From an uncultured Clostridia bacterium (GTDB lineage Bacteria; Bacillota; Clostridia; TANB77; CAG-508), in NCBI GenBank assembly GCA_947631025.1, contig CANRKA010000004.1:1-53266 (forward strand): a DNA stretch of 53,266 bases. The letters are read 5' to 3'. This document shows, piece by piece, positions 44,701 through 53,266 of the stretch. Position numbers and translations under genes: made by a program. The first letter of the stretch is position 1. The number at the start of each line of letters is the position of its first letter. The notes beneath the pieces were generated by a model, which saw only the letters and a list, made by a program, of their open reading frames with translations, did no database searches and was not told where the DNA came from.

Positions 44701-45777
44701 TTACAATAGCACATTATCAAATACAAATTGTTCTTGCATTCTTTTTAATGATTGTTTTATTGTACGCGCTCTTATTTCTCCTATTCCTTCAACAGCATCT
44801 AATTTTGGTATATCTGCTTCTAATATATGTTGGAATGATTTAAATGCTTTTACTAAGTTTTCCACTATATTACTTGGTACTTTTGGTATTTTATTTAATA
44901 ACCTGTATCCTCTAGTATAAACTGCAATTTCCTCATAAGTATCAAATGCATCGTATCCTAATATTTTTGCTATTATTTGTTGTTGCATCAAATCTTCATA
45001 ATCCAAATTAACAATTTGCTCTAATACATTCTCTGGAGTTTTACGCTTTTTAGATGCCATATAATCCTTTATAATAAATAATTCTTCGTTTTCTAAGTCA
45101 CCTATTAATTCTTCTAATTGCATTCTTGTAAGTCTTCCTTCGGTTCCTAACTCATATATTCCGTTTTGTACTTCTTTTACAATTTTCATAACCATTTCTG
45201 CTCTCTGTATTGCAGTAATTACATTGTCTAATGTTACTATGTCATTAAATTCATATTCATTTAGAATGCTTAGTTTATTATCAAATACTTTTTTATATTT
45301 TTCTAAAGTTTGAAGTGCTTGATTTGTTTTTGTTAAAACCTTAGATGTATCTTCTATTGTATAACGCAATTCTCCTTTAAATATTGTAATAACATTTCTT
45401 CTTTGAGATATACTAACAACTAATTCGTTTGTTTGTTTTGCAGTACGCTCTGCTGTTCTATGTCTAGTACCAGTTTCCTTAGTAGTTATTAATGGTGAAG
45501 GTATTAGCTGTGCATTTGCATATAAAATCTTTTTAAAATCACTACTTAAAACAATTGCTCCATCCATTTTTGCAAGCTCATAAAGTCTAGCAGATGTATA
45601 ATCTTCATTAATAAAAAATCCTCCATCTACTAAATCTAATACTTCTTTTGAATCTCCAAAAACTATAAGTCCACCTGTTTTTGCTTTAAGAATATTATCT
45701 AATCCTTCTCTAATTTCAGTTCCTGGTGCGATAATTTTTAATAATTTTGTTAATTCATCTTCTTTAGTTATTCTCAT
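44701..45777 (-). CDS. disA: DNA integrity scanning diadenylate cyclase DisA
   Basis: KMDGA, ETGTRHRTAER, C-terminal HhH VEGIGEIRA; follows radA. Confidence 0.97.
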   Translation of the reverse strand: MRITKEDELTKLLKIIAPGTEIREGLDNILKAKTGGLIVFGDSKEVLDLVDGGFFINEDYTSARLYELAKMDGAIVLSSDFKKILYANAQLIPSPLITTKETGTRHRTAERTAKQTNELVVSISQRRNVITIFKGELRYTIEDTSKVLTKTNQALQTLEKYKKVFDNKLSILNEYEFNDIVTLDNVITAIQRAEMVMKIVKEVQNGIYELGTEGRLTRMQLEELIGDLENEELFIIKDYMASKKRKTPENVLEQIVNLDYEDLMQQQIIAKILGYDAFDTYEEIAVYTRGYRLLNKIPKVPSNIVENLVKAFKSFQHILEADIPKLDAVEGIGEIRARTIKQSLKRMQEQFVFDNVLL

Positions 45778-45801
45778 ATCAACACCTACCTCTCTTAACT
45801 A

Positions 45802-47161
45802 TTATTTTAAGCCTAAATAATCAATAGCTTCGTTTACATCTTTAACCCCTATTATATCTAATTTGTACTTATCTTTCAATAGTTTTTTATTATTTTCTGG
45901 TATAATGCATTTTTCAAAGCCTAATTTTTCTGCTTCTTTTAATCGTTTTTCTATAAAATTTATACTTCTTACTTCTCCTGTAAGTCCTACTTCTCCCATA
46001 ACAACAACATTTTTAGGTATAACTTTATTTTTATAACTTGATGCAACACTAAGTACTATTCCTAAATCTAGAGCTGGCTCACTAACTTTAATTCCTCCAA
46101 CTACATTTAAATATACATCCTGATTTCCTAATGTAAAGGCTGACTTTTTTTCTAATACTGCAATTAATAAAGTTAATCTATTGTAATCTATTCCATTTGC
46201 AGTTCTTCTAGGAAGTCCAAATACACTTTGTGAGCACAATGCTTGTAATTCTACTAAAATTGGTCTTGTTCCCTCCATACTTGCAACAATTACTGAACCT
46301 GTATAGTCTTCTTTTCTTTCAGAAATTAGCACAGATGATGGGTCTATTATTTCTTTCATTCCTAAGCCTTCCATCTCAAACATTCCTATTTCGTTTGTTG
46401 AACCAAATCTATTTTTTACACTTCTTAAAATTCTATATGAAAAATATCTTTCTCCTTCAATATACAAAACTGTATCTACCATATGTTCTAAAACTCTTGG
46501 TCCTGCTATATTTCCATCTTTTGTAACATGTCCAATAATAATTGTAGTTATTTGTTTTTGCTTACACATTTTCATAATTCTTGCTGTTATTTCTCTAACT
46601 TGGCTAACACTTCCTGCTGCTGAACTTATATCATCTGAGTACATTGTTTGAACTGAATCTATTATAACTAATTTTGGATTTATATCTAAAATATTTTCTT
46701 CTATTATATCTATATCTGTTTCCCCTAAAAATAAAATATCATCATTATTTATTTGTAGTCTATCTGCTCTTAATTTTATTTGCTCTGCAGATTCTTCACC
46801 AGAAACATATAAAACCTTACCTTCAGTTTTTATTTTATTGCATAATTGTAAAATTAAGGTAGATTTTCCAATTCCAGGTTCTCCTCCTAATAAAACTAAT
46901 GAGCCTTTAATTAATCCTCCACCTAAAACTCTATCTAATTCATCAAAACCAGTTTTAAGTCTTGACTTTTCTTCTCCTTTAAAATTATTTAATGGTTCTG
47001 CGCAAACCTTTCTTTTTGTCTCTTTTTTGCTACCTTTATCACTAGAAACTTTTTCTTCAAAAAAACTATTCCATGATCCGACATGCAGGACATTTTCCCA
47101 TCCATTTAGCAGATTCGTATCCACATTCATTACATACAAAAACAGATTTAATCTTTGACAT
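45802..47161 (-). CDS. radA: DNA repair protein RadA/Sms, 452 aa with +1 shift at CGG 47078-47080
   Basis: AAAGGAGG RBS plus ATG 47161 gives the zinc finger [19 protein letters not shown]; [14 protein letters not shown]. Confidence 0.95.
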
Positions 47162-47213
47162 ATTAGCCTCCTTTAGAATCTAATACTACTATAAATATAA
47201 ATTTTTTTCAAGT

Positions 47214-47246
47214 AAAAGAGCTAGCTCTTTTACTGAGCTAGCTTTT
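47214..47246 (-). terminator. Probable terminator
   Basis: AGCTAGCTC-tttact-GAGCTAGCT-type hairpin with flanking A/T tracts. Confidence 0.6.
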
Positions 47247-47263
47247 AATTTTTCATTTGTATG

Positions 47264-47512
47264 TTAATTAAAAATTTCATTATACACATCCTCTCCAATG
47301 TAGATTCTTGGATCTTTCTCATAGGATACGTACTTTTTAAGGAACTTATTCAACTGTTTTTCGTTTTTTATCTTTTGGAAGTTATTTAAGGTAAAATATG
47401 AAATGTTTCTTTCAAGTCTACCGTTCCGATAAAAATTAAGTTGAATTTTCCCTTCGATGGTCTCAAGTATGTAGCCATCCTTTTTTGTATAATTTAGTCT
47501 CTTAAAAATCAT
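47264..47512 (-). CDS. Small hypothetical protein (82 aa) containing the only apparently unshifted in-frame CGG
   Basis: GAGGAGG RBS before ATG 47512; TAT CGG AAC at 47426-47428. Confidence 0.65.
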   Translation of the reverse strand: MIFKRLNYTKKDGYILETIEGKIQLNFYRNGRLERNISYFTLNNFQKIKNEKQLNKFLKKYVSYEKDPRIYIGEDVYNEIFN

Positions 47513-47613
47513 AGCTGTCGCCTCCTCATTATACAATACATAAACATTAGTTACAATTAATATTATATCACATTTTTTACGCAACTTCAAGATTTATTGC
47601 TATATTTTCCATT

Positions 47614-49491
47614 TTAATATAATTGTTTTATAATTTGTATAAACATTGCATGAGCCCATCCTAGACCTATTACCCATGCAGGGCTAATTGTTTGATTGTT
47701 TATTTGTTCTGCTAAAAGTCCGTGTTCTGTTGCAGATTTTACAACATAGTTTAGCAATTCTATTGCCTTATTTCTTTCACCTTTTTCTATATGGTACATT
47801 ATCATCCAAAGTGTAGCTATTGTCCAAGGATTACCATTCATATAACTATCTTGCTCAAATCTTTTATATCCTCCTGTATATGTTCTTAATGTTAGATCTA
47901 TATTTTGCACTGTATTTTCTATTTTCTTTTCTTTTGGAGTAAAAATCTTAAACGGTGTTACTGCACCTATTATGCTTATGTCCATTCTTTTATCTGAAAT
48001 ATTTCTTACAAACGTATTTCTTTTTTCATCATACATATTTTTTATAATATATTCTTTTATCTTTACTTTATTTTCTGCTAATTCTTTTTGTTCTTTTCTT
48101 ATTTTTTCTTGTTTTATTCTATTTTCTTCGTATTCACTGTATAATTTTTCGTATATTTTTTCCATACTTTCAAAAGCTGCAAATATAGATGCCATTGAAT
48201 ATAAATGAACGCCTTCGCACATTTCCCATAAATCATAACTTACATGAATTTTATTTTTATTTTCTAGTACATCTTCTGTATATTTTTTTAGGAATTTTAC
48301 TGCCTTTTCACACATTGTTAATGTATCTTTTAAAAACTTTTTATCTTTTATTATTTTATAATGATTATATACTCCATACACTACACTTGCTGTTTCATCT
48401 ATTTGATATCCCCAACTTGGAGCTAATTTTCCATCTGTATAAAATCTTTGTTCCCACATACCATTTAAGCTTTGTGTGTTTTTACAAAATACTTTATAAA
48501 ATTTATCTACTTCTTCATTCATTTTTAATATATCTAAAGCTTTTGTCATAAATACTGCATCTCTTGGCCAACAATAGCTATATCTTCCACTTTTTGTTCT
48601 TTGTTCATCTATTTCAACAGCTGCTATCATTCCACCTGTTTTTTCATTTGTTAATAAAGGAAATAGCATTATACTTCTTTTATATATTTTATGTAATTTT
48701 TCATCATATGAATTTTTTGGCTCTGGTAAATTTATTGTATTATGCATTTTAAAATATTTTTTCCAATATGATATTGTTTGTACTTGTTCTTTTACAGTAT
48801 CTAATTTTTTTATTTTACTTAACTTACTATTATTTTCTTTTGCATCTTTTTCTATATAAATTACAATATCTATATTTTTCTTTTCTTTTGGTTTTAATGT
48901 TCCTATATTATAGCAAATAGCCGAATCTGATGACATTCCTATATAATCTTTATCACTTATTACTCCTGTATATATATTGCTTTTACAATCATTTAGCTGA
49001 TGTGAAAATAATTTATCTTTTACAGATGTTATATAAAATGCGTCATTTTGTGTGTATTGCATTATTCCGTTTTCTATAATTTTTGCGCTTACATAATTTG
49101 CCTCACCAGAATGTAATTTTGAATGAATTAAAAATTTTACATCTAAATTCATTTCATTCTCATTTTTAAATGAGTACCTTTTTATAAGCATATTTTTATT
49201 TATACTTACAAAATCTGTTTGTACTATTTTTAAATTAAAATAAGTATTTTTTATTTCTGTTTCTAATACATTAGTATCTTCTATATATTTTTGTTTATAA
49301 GTATTATTTACGTCATCATGTGTGTATATAAGCATAGAGTCATTTATTTTTACCCCTGTTTTAAAATAGTCAATATATTGTTTATTGTCTCTTGTTGGAT
49401 AATATAATCTTAGTAATTCTCCTGTTTTTGTAAAACTTGCTAATATTTCTTTATTTCCTATTATTGCATCATTAAAATATTTTTGGTCCAT
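47614..49491 (-). CDS. Glycoside hydrolase family 15 (glucoamylase-like)
   Basis: YSYCWPRDA, QIDETA, DLWE, GLLAEQ, LGWAHAMF. Confidence 0.9.
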   Translation of the reverse strand: MDQKYFNDAIIGNKEILASFTKTGELLRLYYPTRDNKQYIDYFKTGVKINDSMLIYTHDDVNNTYKQKYIEDTNVLETEIKNTYFNLKIVQTDFVSINKNMLIKRYSFKNENEMNLDVKFLIHSKLHSGEANYVSAKIIENGIMQYTQNDAFYITSVKDKLFSHQLNDCKSNIYTGVISDKDYIGMSSDSAICYNIGTLKPKEKKNIDIVIYIEKDAKENNSKLSKIKKLDTVKEQVQTISYWKKYFKMHNTINLPEPKNSYDEKLHKIYKRSIMLFPLLTNEKTGGMIAAVEIDEQRTKSGRYSYCWPRDAVFMTKALDILKMNEEVDKFYKVFCKNTQSLNGMWEQRFYTDGKLAPSWGYQIDETASVVYGVYNHYKIIKDKKFLKDTLTMCEKAVKFLKKYTEDVLENKNKIHVSYDLWEMCEGVHLYSMASIFAAFESMEKIYEKLYSEYEENRIKQEKIRKEQKELAENKVKIKEYIIKNMYDEKRNTFVRNISDKRMDISIIGAVTPFKIFTPKEKKIENTVQNIDLTLRTYTGGYKRFEQDSYMNGNPWTIATLWMIMYHIEKGERNKAIELLNYVVKSATEHGLLAEQINNQTISPAWVIGLGWAHAMFIQIIKQLY

Positions 49492-49557
49492 TTTTTATTT
49501 TCCCCTTTATATTCTTTTGTATATAATTTCAATTTTTTATTATTATATTTTATACTA

Positions 49558-51211
49558 TTAGTTATCAATAATTCTTATAATTTGTAACTCTAATTCTTTT
49601 ATTCTTTCATCTAATTTTTGAATTTGGTTATCTTCTATATTTTCATTATTTAAATCATCTCTAACTATTTCTTCCATATCTAATAATTCGTCTTTTAAAG
49701 TTTCAAGTCTATTTAGTACTTTTAGACGTATATATCTTTCTGGTTTATCTTTCTTTACTTCTATTTTATTTGTCATTTCTACTAATTTATCATTTATCTC
49801 ATAAGTTTCTCCAAAGTCCGGTATTGTTACAGGAATTTGAGTAGTTTCTATAATTTTAGATTTTAGTTCTTCCTGAGCTTCTGGTTCTCCATGAACTAAA
49901 AAGATATGTTTAGGTTTATTTGTAAATGAATATATAAAATTTAAAAGCCACTCTTGGTCTGCATGTCCTGAATATCCTTCTATATATTCTATTCTAGCAT
50001 TTACAGCTATTTCTTCTCCAAAAATTTTTACCTTTTTTGCACCATTTACTATTTGGTCTCCTAGTGTTCCTTTTGCCTGATAACCTACAAAAAGTATTGT
50101 GCTGTTTGGATTCCAAAGATTATGTTTTAAGTGATGTTTTATTCTTCCTACTTCGCACATTCCACTTGCTGAAATTATAATAGAAGGTGTATCACTTTCA
50201 TTTAATGCTTTAGATTCGTCAACTGTCCTTGTAAACTTTAATCCTTGAAATTCTAGTGGATTTTCTCCACTTTTAATTACAGCTTGCGTTTCTTCATCAA
50301 AAAGATCCATATTTTCTTCAAATACTTCTGTTGCAGATATTGCAAGCGGACTGTCTACAAATACTGGTGCCTGCATTAATGTTTTATATTCTTTTGCAAA
50401 TTCTTCTCCTTTTTTATCTTTTATTCTATCTAACTCAAATAATATTTCTTGTGTTCTACCAACAGCAAATGATGGTATTACAACAGTTCCTCCTTTATCT
50501 AAAGTTTCAGATACTATTTTTAAAAATGTTTCTGCTTTACTTTCGTTTTTCATATGAAGTCTATTTCCATAAGTAGATTCCATAACTAAATAGTCCGCAT
50601 CCTCTATCATTGTTGGTTCTGAAAGTAATGGTATATCATTGTTTCCTAAATCACCTGTAAAAACAATCTTTTTTTCTTCTCCATTTTCTTTTATCCAAAC
50701 TTCTATTATGCTTGACCCTAACATATGCCCTGCATCGTTAAAACGCACATGTATATTTTTATCTATTTCTATTATTTCATCATATTTTACTGGTTTAAAT
50801 ATTTCTAAACATTTTGCAGCATCTTCTGCTGTATATAGTGGTGGCAATTGTGCCTCCCCTTTTCTTTCTCTTTTTCTATTTTTCCACTCAGTTTCCATTT
50901 CTTGAATATGTCCGGCTATCTGGTAACATTATTGCGCATAAGTCACATGTTGCTTTATGTGCATATATTTTATTTCTATAACCATCATTATATAGTTTTG
51001 GAATTCTTCCTGAATGATCTATATGTGCATGTGTTAATAGCATAAAATCTATTTCATTTATATTAAAATTAAAGTCTTCTTCATTTTTTAATTCCTCTAC
51101 TGCCTTTCCTTGATACATTCCACAATCTACTAAAAATTTCTTACCTGCACCTTCAACTAAAAAATTTGAACCTGTTACAGTTTTAGTTGCTCCAAGAAAA
51201 GTTATATTCAT
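49558..51211 (-). CDS. MBL-fold/beta-CASP RNA-processing hydrolase, 550 aa with +1 shift at CGG 50912-50914
   Basis: VTGS, DCG, THAHIDHSG; MLPDS-G-HIQE junction; AGHMLGS, ESTYG, SGHAD, VHGE. Confidence 0.93.
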
Positions 51212-51222
51212 ATTTACCCCTC

Positions 51223-52752
51223 CTAATTAAATATTCTTACTTTTTTGTTTAGTTTTAAATCTATTATTTCTATTAATTCTACTTCCTTCTTAAATTCTAA
51301 AGATTCTTCATCATATATTTTTATTTCAAATTTATCTTGATTTTTTTCTATTTCACATTCTAAGTTTTCAATATCTATTACTTTTAAATAGAATATGCTT
51401 TTTATAATATTTTCCGTAAATTTTATATTATTAAATATTGTTTTAATTAATTTTAATTCTATTGCTTTTTTTATTAACATATCTATAGAAGAATTTAATA
51501 AGCTTTGAATTTCTTGTACTTCATTTACTTGTTTTTCATTATTTATATTTAATAAAAAATAGTATCTAAAAATATACATTAATTCTAACAATTCTTTTTT
51601 GTTTGTACACATTTTTATTCTTGCAAAAATACAATTAATAAAATTTTTTTGGAATTCTATTACGTTTTCTTCTATATTATTTTTTAATACATCTTCTATA
51701 AATTTTATTTTTTGTTCTATTTTCTGTGTGTTTTTTGTAAATTTCTTAGGATTCATTAAATCATTACATTTATGTATTTTATTTAATATTTCTTTTTTTT
51801 CATTATTTAACAATTTTATTAGTGAGTTTATACTAAATAATTCCTCTCCATTTTTATTTCTTTTAACAAATTCCTTTTCTAATAGTTTTTTATCTTTTAT
51901 AATTTTTTCTTTTGTATCTAATAATCTTAATAAACGCTTTTTTTCTGTGGATAATAGTTCTAAATATTCTTCTTTATTAACATTTTTTTGTATACTCTCT
52001 TTTAAAGATTCTTTTTCTTTTTTTATTTTCTTAAATTCTAGTTTGTTATTTGAATAATATATTTGGCATATAATTACTTTTAATTTATAAATAATTTCTT
52101 TTGATATTTCTTTTCCATATTTTTTTTCTAGTATATCTTCTAATTTACCTATATTATTATTAATAAGCTCACTATTATTAACAATTTCATCTATTACATT
52201 ATTTCCTAATAATATTAATAAGTTTTGAAATAGTATATTGTAATATATATTTGGTATTTCATAGCTTAGACAATTCCATGTCCATCCGTCAAAATCACGT
52301 ATTACTTCCATTTTGTTTGCTATAAATGAAACTTCAAAAAAGTCTTGTAGCGGTTTTTTTGCTATATGTTCCTTATTATCTATATTAATAGGTTTTAGAG
52401 ACAATTTATAAATTGCCTCTAAACATTCTTTTTCATTTTGATATACTTTTATATACTTATTTTCTTTATCTATTATTGTGTTTATACTACTAATTTCTTC
52501 TTTTGTTTTTGGTTTTATTAATTCTATTTTATTACAGTTATTTTTAATATTATTTATTATTTCTTTAACAAATTCACCTTTTTCTGGAACATTAACTTTT
52601 GCTTTTTTATAGTCTGAATAAGATGTTTCTACTTTATATATCATACTTAAAAGGAGATTTTTTACATCTTCAGAGAAATCTTTTTTTTCTAAAACTGTCT
52701 CTAGTTCGTTATTATAGTCTTGTAGATTAATTAAAATATTTCTCTTTTTCAT
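51223..52752 (-). CDS. Hypothetical protein
   Basis: Long ORF; AAGGAGG RBS before ATG 52752; motif EVIRDFDGWTWN; no family recognised. Confidence 0.8.
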   Translation of the reverse strand: MKKRNILINLQDYNNELETVLEKKDFSEDVKNLLLSMIYKVETSYSDYKKAKVNVPEKGEFVKEIINNIKNNCNKIELIKPKTKEEISSINTIIDKENKYIKVYQNEKECLEAIYKLSLKPINIDNKEHIAKKPLQDFFEVSFIANKMEVIRDFDGWTWNCLSYEIPNIYYNILFQNLLILLGNNVIDEIVNNSELINNNIGKLEDILEKKYGKEISKEIIYKLKVIICQIYYSNNKLEFKKIKKEKESLKESIQKNVNKEEYLELLSTEKKRLLRLLDTKEKIIKDKKLLEKEFVKRNKNGEELFSINSLIKLLNNEKKEILNKIHKCNDLMNPKKFTKNTQKIEQKIKFIEDVLKNNIEENVIEFQKNFINCIFARIKMCTNKKELLELMYIFRYYFLLNINNEKQVNEVQEIQSLLNSSIDMLIKKAIELKLIKTIFNNIKFTENIIKSIFYLKVIDIENLECEIEKNQDKFEIKIYDEESLEFKKEVELIEIIDLKLNKKVRIFN

Positions 52753-52799
52753 TAAATCTCCTCCTTCTTTTATTATTTGACATTTATACAAAACAAATC

Positions 52800-53266
52800 T
52801 TATTGCTCAGTACTATCGCTTGTTTGCATTTTTAATTCTTCCCAACGTTCTTTTGTCATTAAGACTTCTCTTGGCTTACTTCCCTGGTATCCTGATATTA
52901 TTCCTCTTTCTTCCATTTGGTCTATTATTCTTCCTGCTCTTGCATATCCTACTTTAAATCTTCTTTGTATAAATGATGTTGATGCTTGCCCTGTTTCAAC
53001 AACAGTTTCTATAGCATCCATTAAAAATGGGTCTGTGTCGTTATCTTCGGCAGATTCTAAGTCTTTTTCTTTATCTGTAACATTAGCTTTTTCTATAGAT
53101 TCTATAATATCTTCGTTATATACAGTCTCGCCTCCATTTGCTTTCAAGAAGTCTACTATTTTTTCCACTTCTTTATCGTCTATGAATGAACCTTGTACTC
53201 TTGTTGGTTTTGGAGCTCCTGCTGGATAAAATAGCATATCTCCTTTTCCTAATAGCTTTTCTGCTC
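52800..53266 (-). CDS. ftsK: DNA translocase FtsK/SpoIIIE, C-terminal part (truncated by the window edge)
   Basis: AEKLLGKGDMLF..RVQG; gamma domain ASTSFIQRRFKVGYARAGRIIDQME..GSKPREVL. Confidence 0.95.
   Translation of the reverse strand, partial: AEKLLGKGDMLFYPAGAPKPTRVQGSFIDDKEVEKIVDFLKANGGETVYNEDIIESIEKANVTDKEKDLESAEDNDTDPFLMDAIETVVETGQASTSFIQRRFKVGYARAGRIIDQMEERGIISGYQGSKPREVLMTKERWEELKMQTSDSTEQ

Noticed and set aside
3562-50914. Simple triplet reassignment of CGG (to Gly, Trp or Gln)
   Set aside because: Homology continues only in the +1 frame, so four nucleotides must be consumed; a three-base reassignment would still hit the nearby stops.
3562-50914. Homopolymer or methylation-motif sequencing error as the full explanation
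   Set aside because: Disfavoured, not excluded. Long A/T homopolymers in genes show no frameshifts, most sites are not C runs, flanks share only CGG, and all sites are codon-phased on the coding strand. Raw reads are needed to close this.
2298-51211. Calling the ten split genes pseudogenes
   Set aside because: Each has only the identical C-before-Gly lesion and no other decay that I could see, and they include polC. Random decay would not give one lesion type.
276-53229. The many short + strand ORFs antisense to real genes (e.g. 9637-10449, 33647-34099, 51599-52057) and 41285-41578 on the minus strand
   Set aside because: Shadow ORFs of AT-rich coding sequence, F/L/S/I-rich, with no RBS or family motifs.
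1-53266. CRISPR arrays, tRNA/rRNA genes, transposases, prophage genes
   Set aside because: None recognised. The tRNA set needed to test the CGG hypothesis lies outside this window.

Overview
Very AT-rich bacterial chromosomal window, by gene content a spore-forming Clostridia-type Firmicute (inference). Almost all genes lie on the minus strand. It carries housekeeping genes (mtaB, glyQS, polC, adhE, murC, asd, dapA, hpf, radA-disA, ftsK 3' end, a class A PBP, a flippase), sporulation genes (spoVG, spoIVB, an alpha/beta SASP) and a ~12 kb Tad-like locus with an array of non-canonical pilin-like paralogs. No rRNA, tRNA, CRISPR or transposase was recognised. Main result: ten genes, including the replicative polymerase polC (twice), are split at 11 sites, and every break has the same form. 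An in-frame CGG codon (CGG-A or CGG-C) occurs, and skipping its first C gives a GGA/GGC glycine codon, matching a family-conserved Gly where the family is recognisable, and a full-length ORF. Of the 12 in-frame CGG codons I found by eye in real genes, 11 behave this way, and I saw no frameshift at any other sequence. This suggests a genome-wide recoding rule: CGG as a +1 frameshift signal, or CGGN read as a four-base Gly codon. A systematic sequencing error still has to be excluded with raw reads. Secondary observations are a DnaA-box cluster, WalR-like 11-bp-period repeats and a recurrent palindrome next to terminators.
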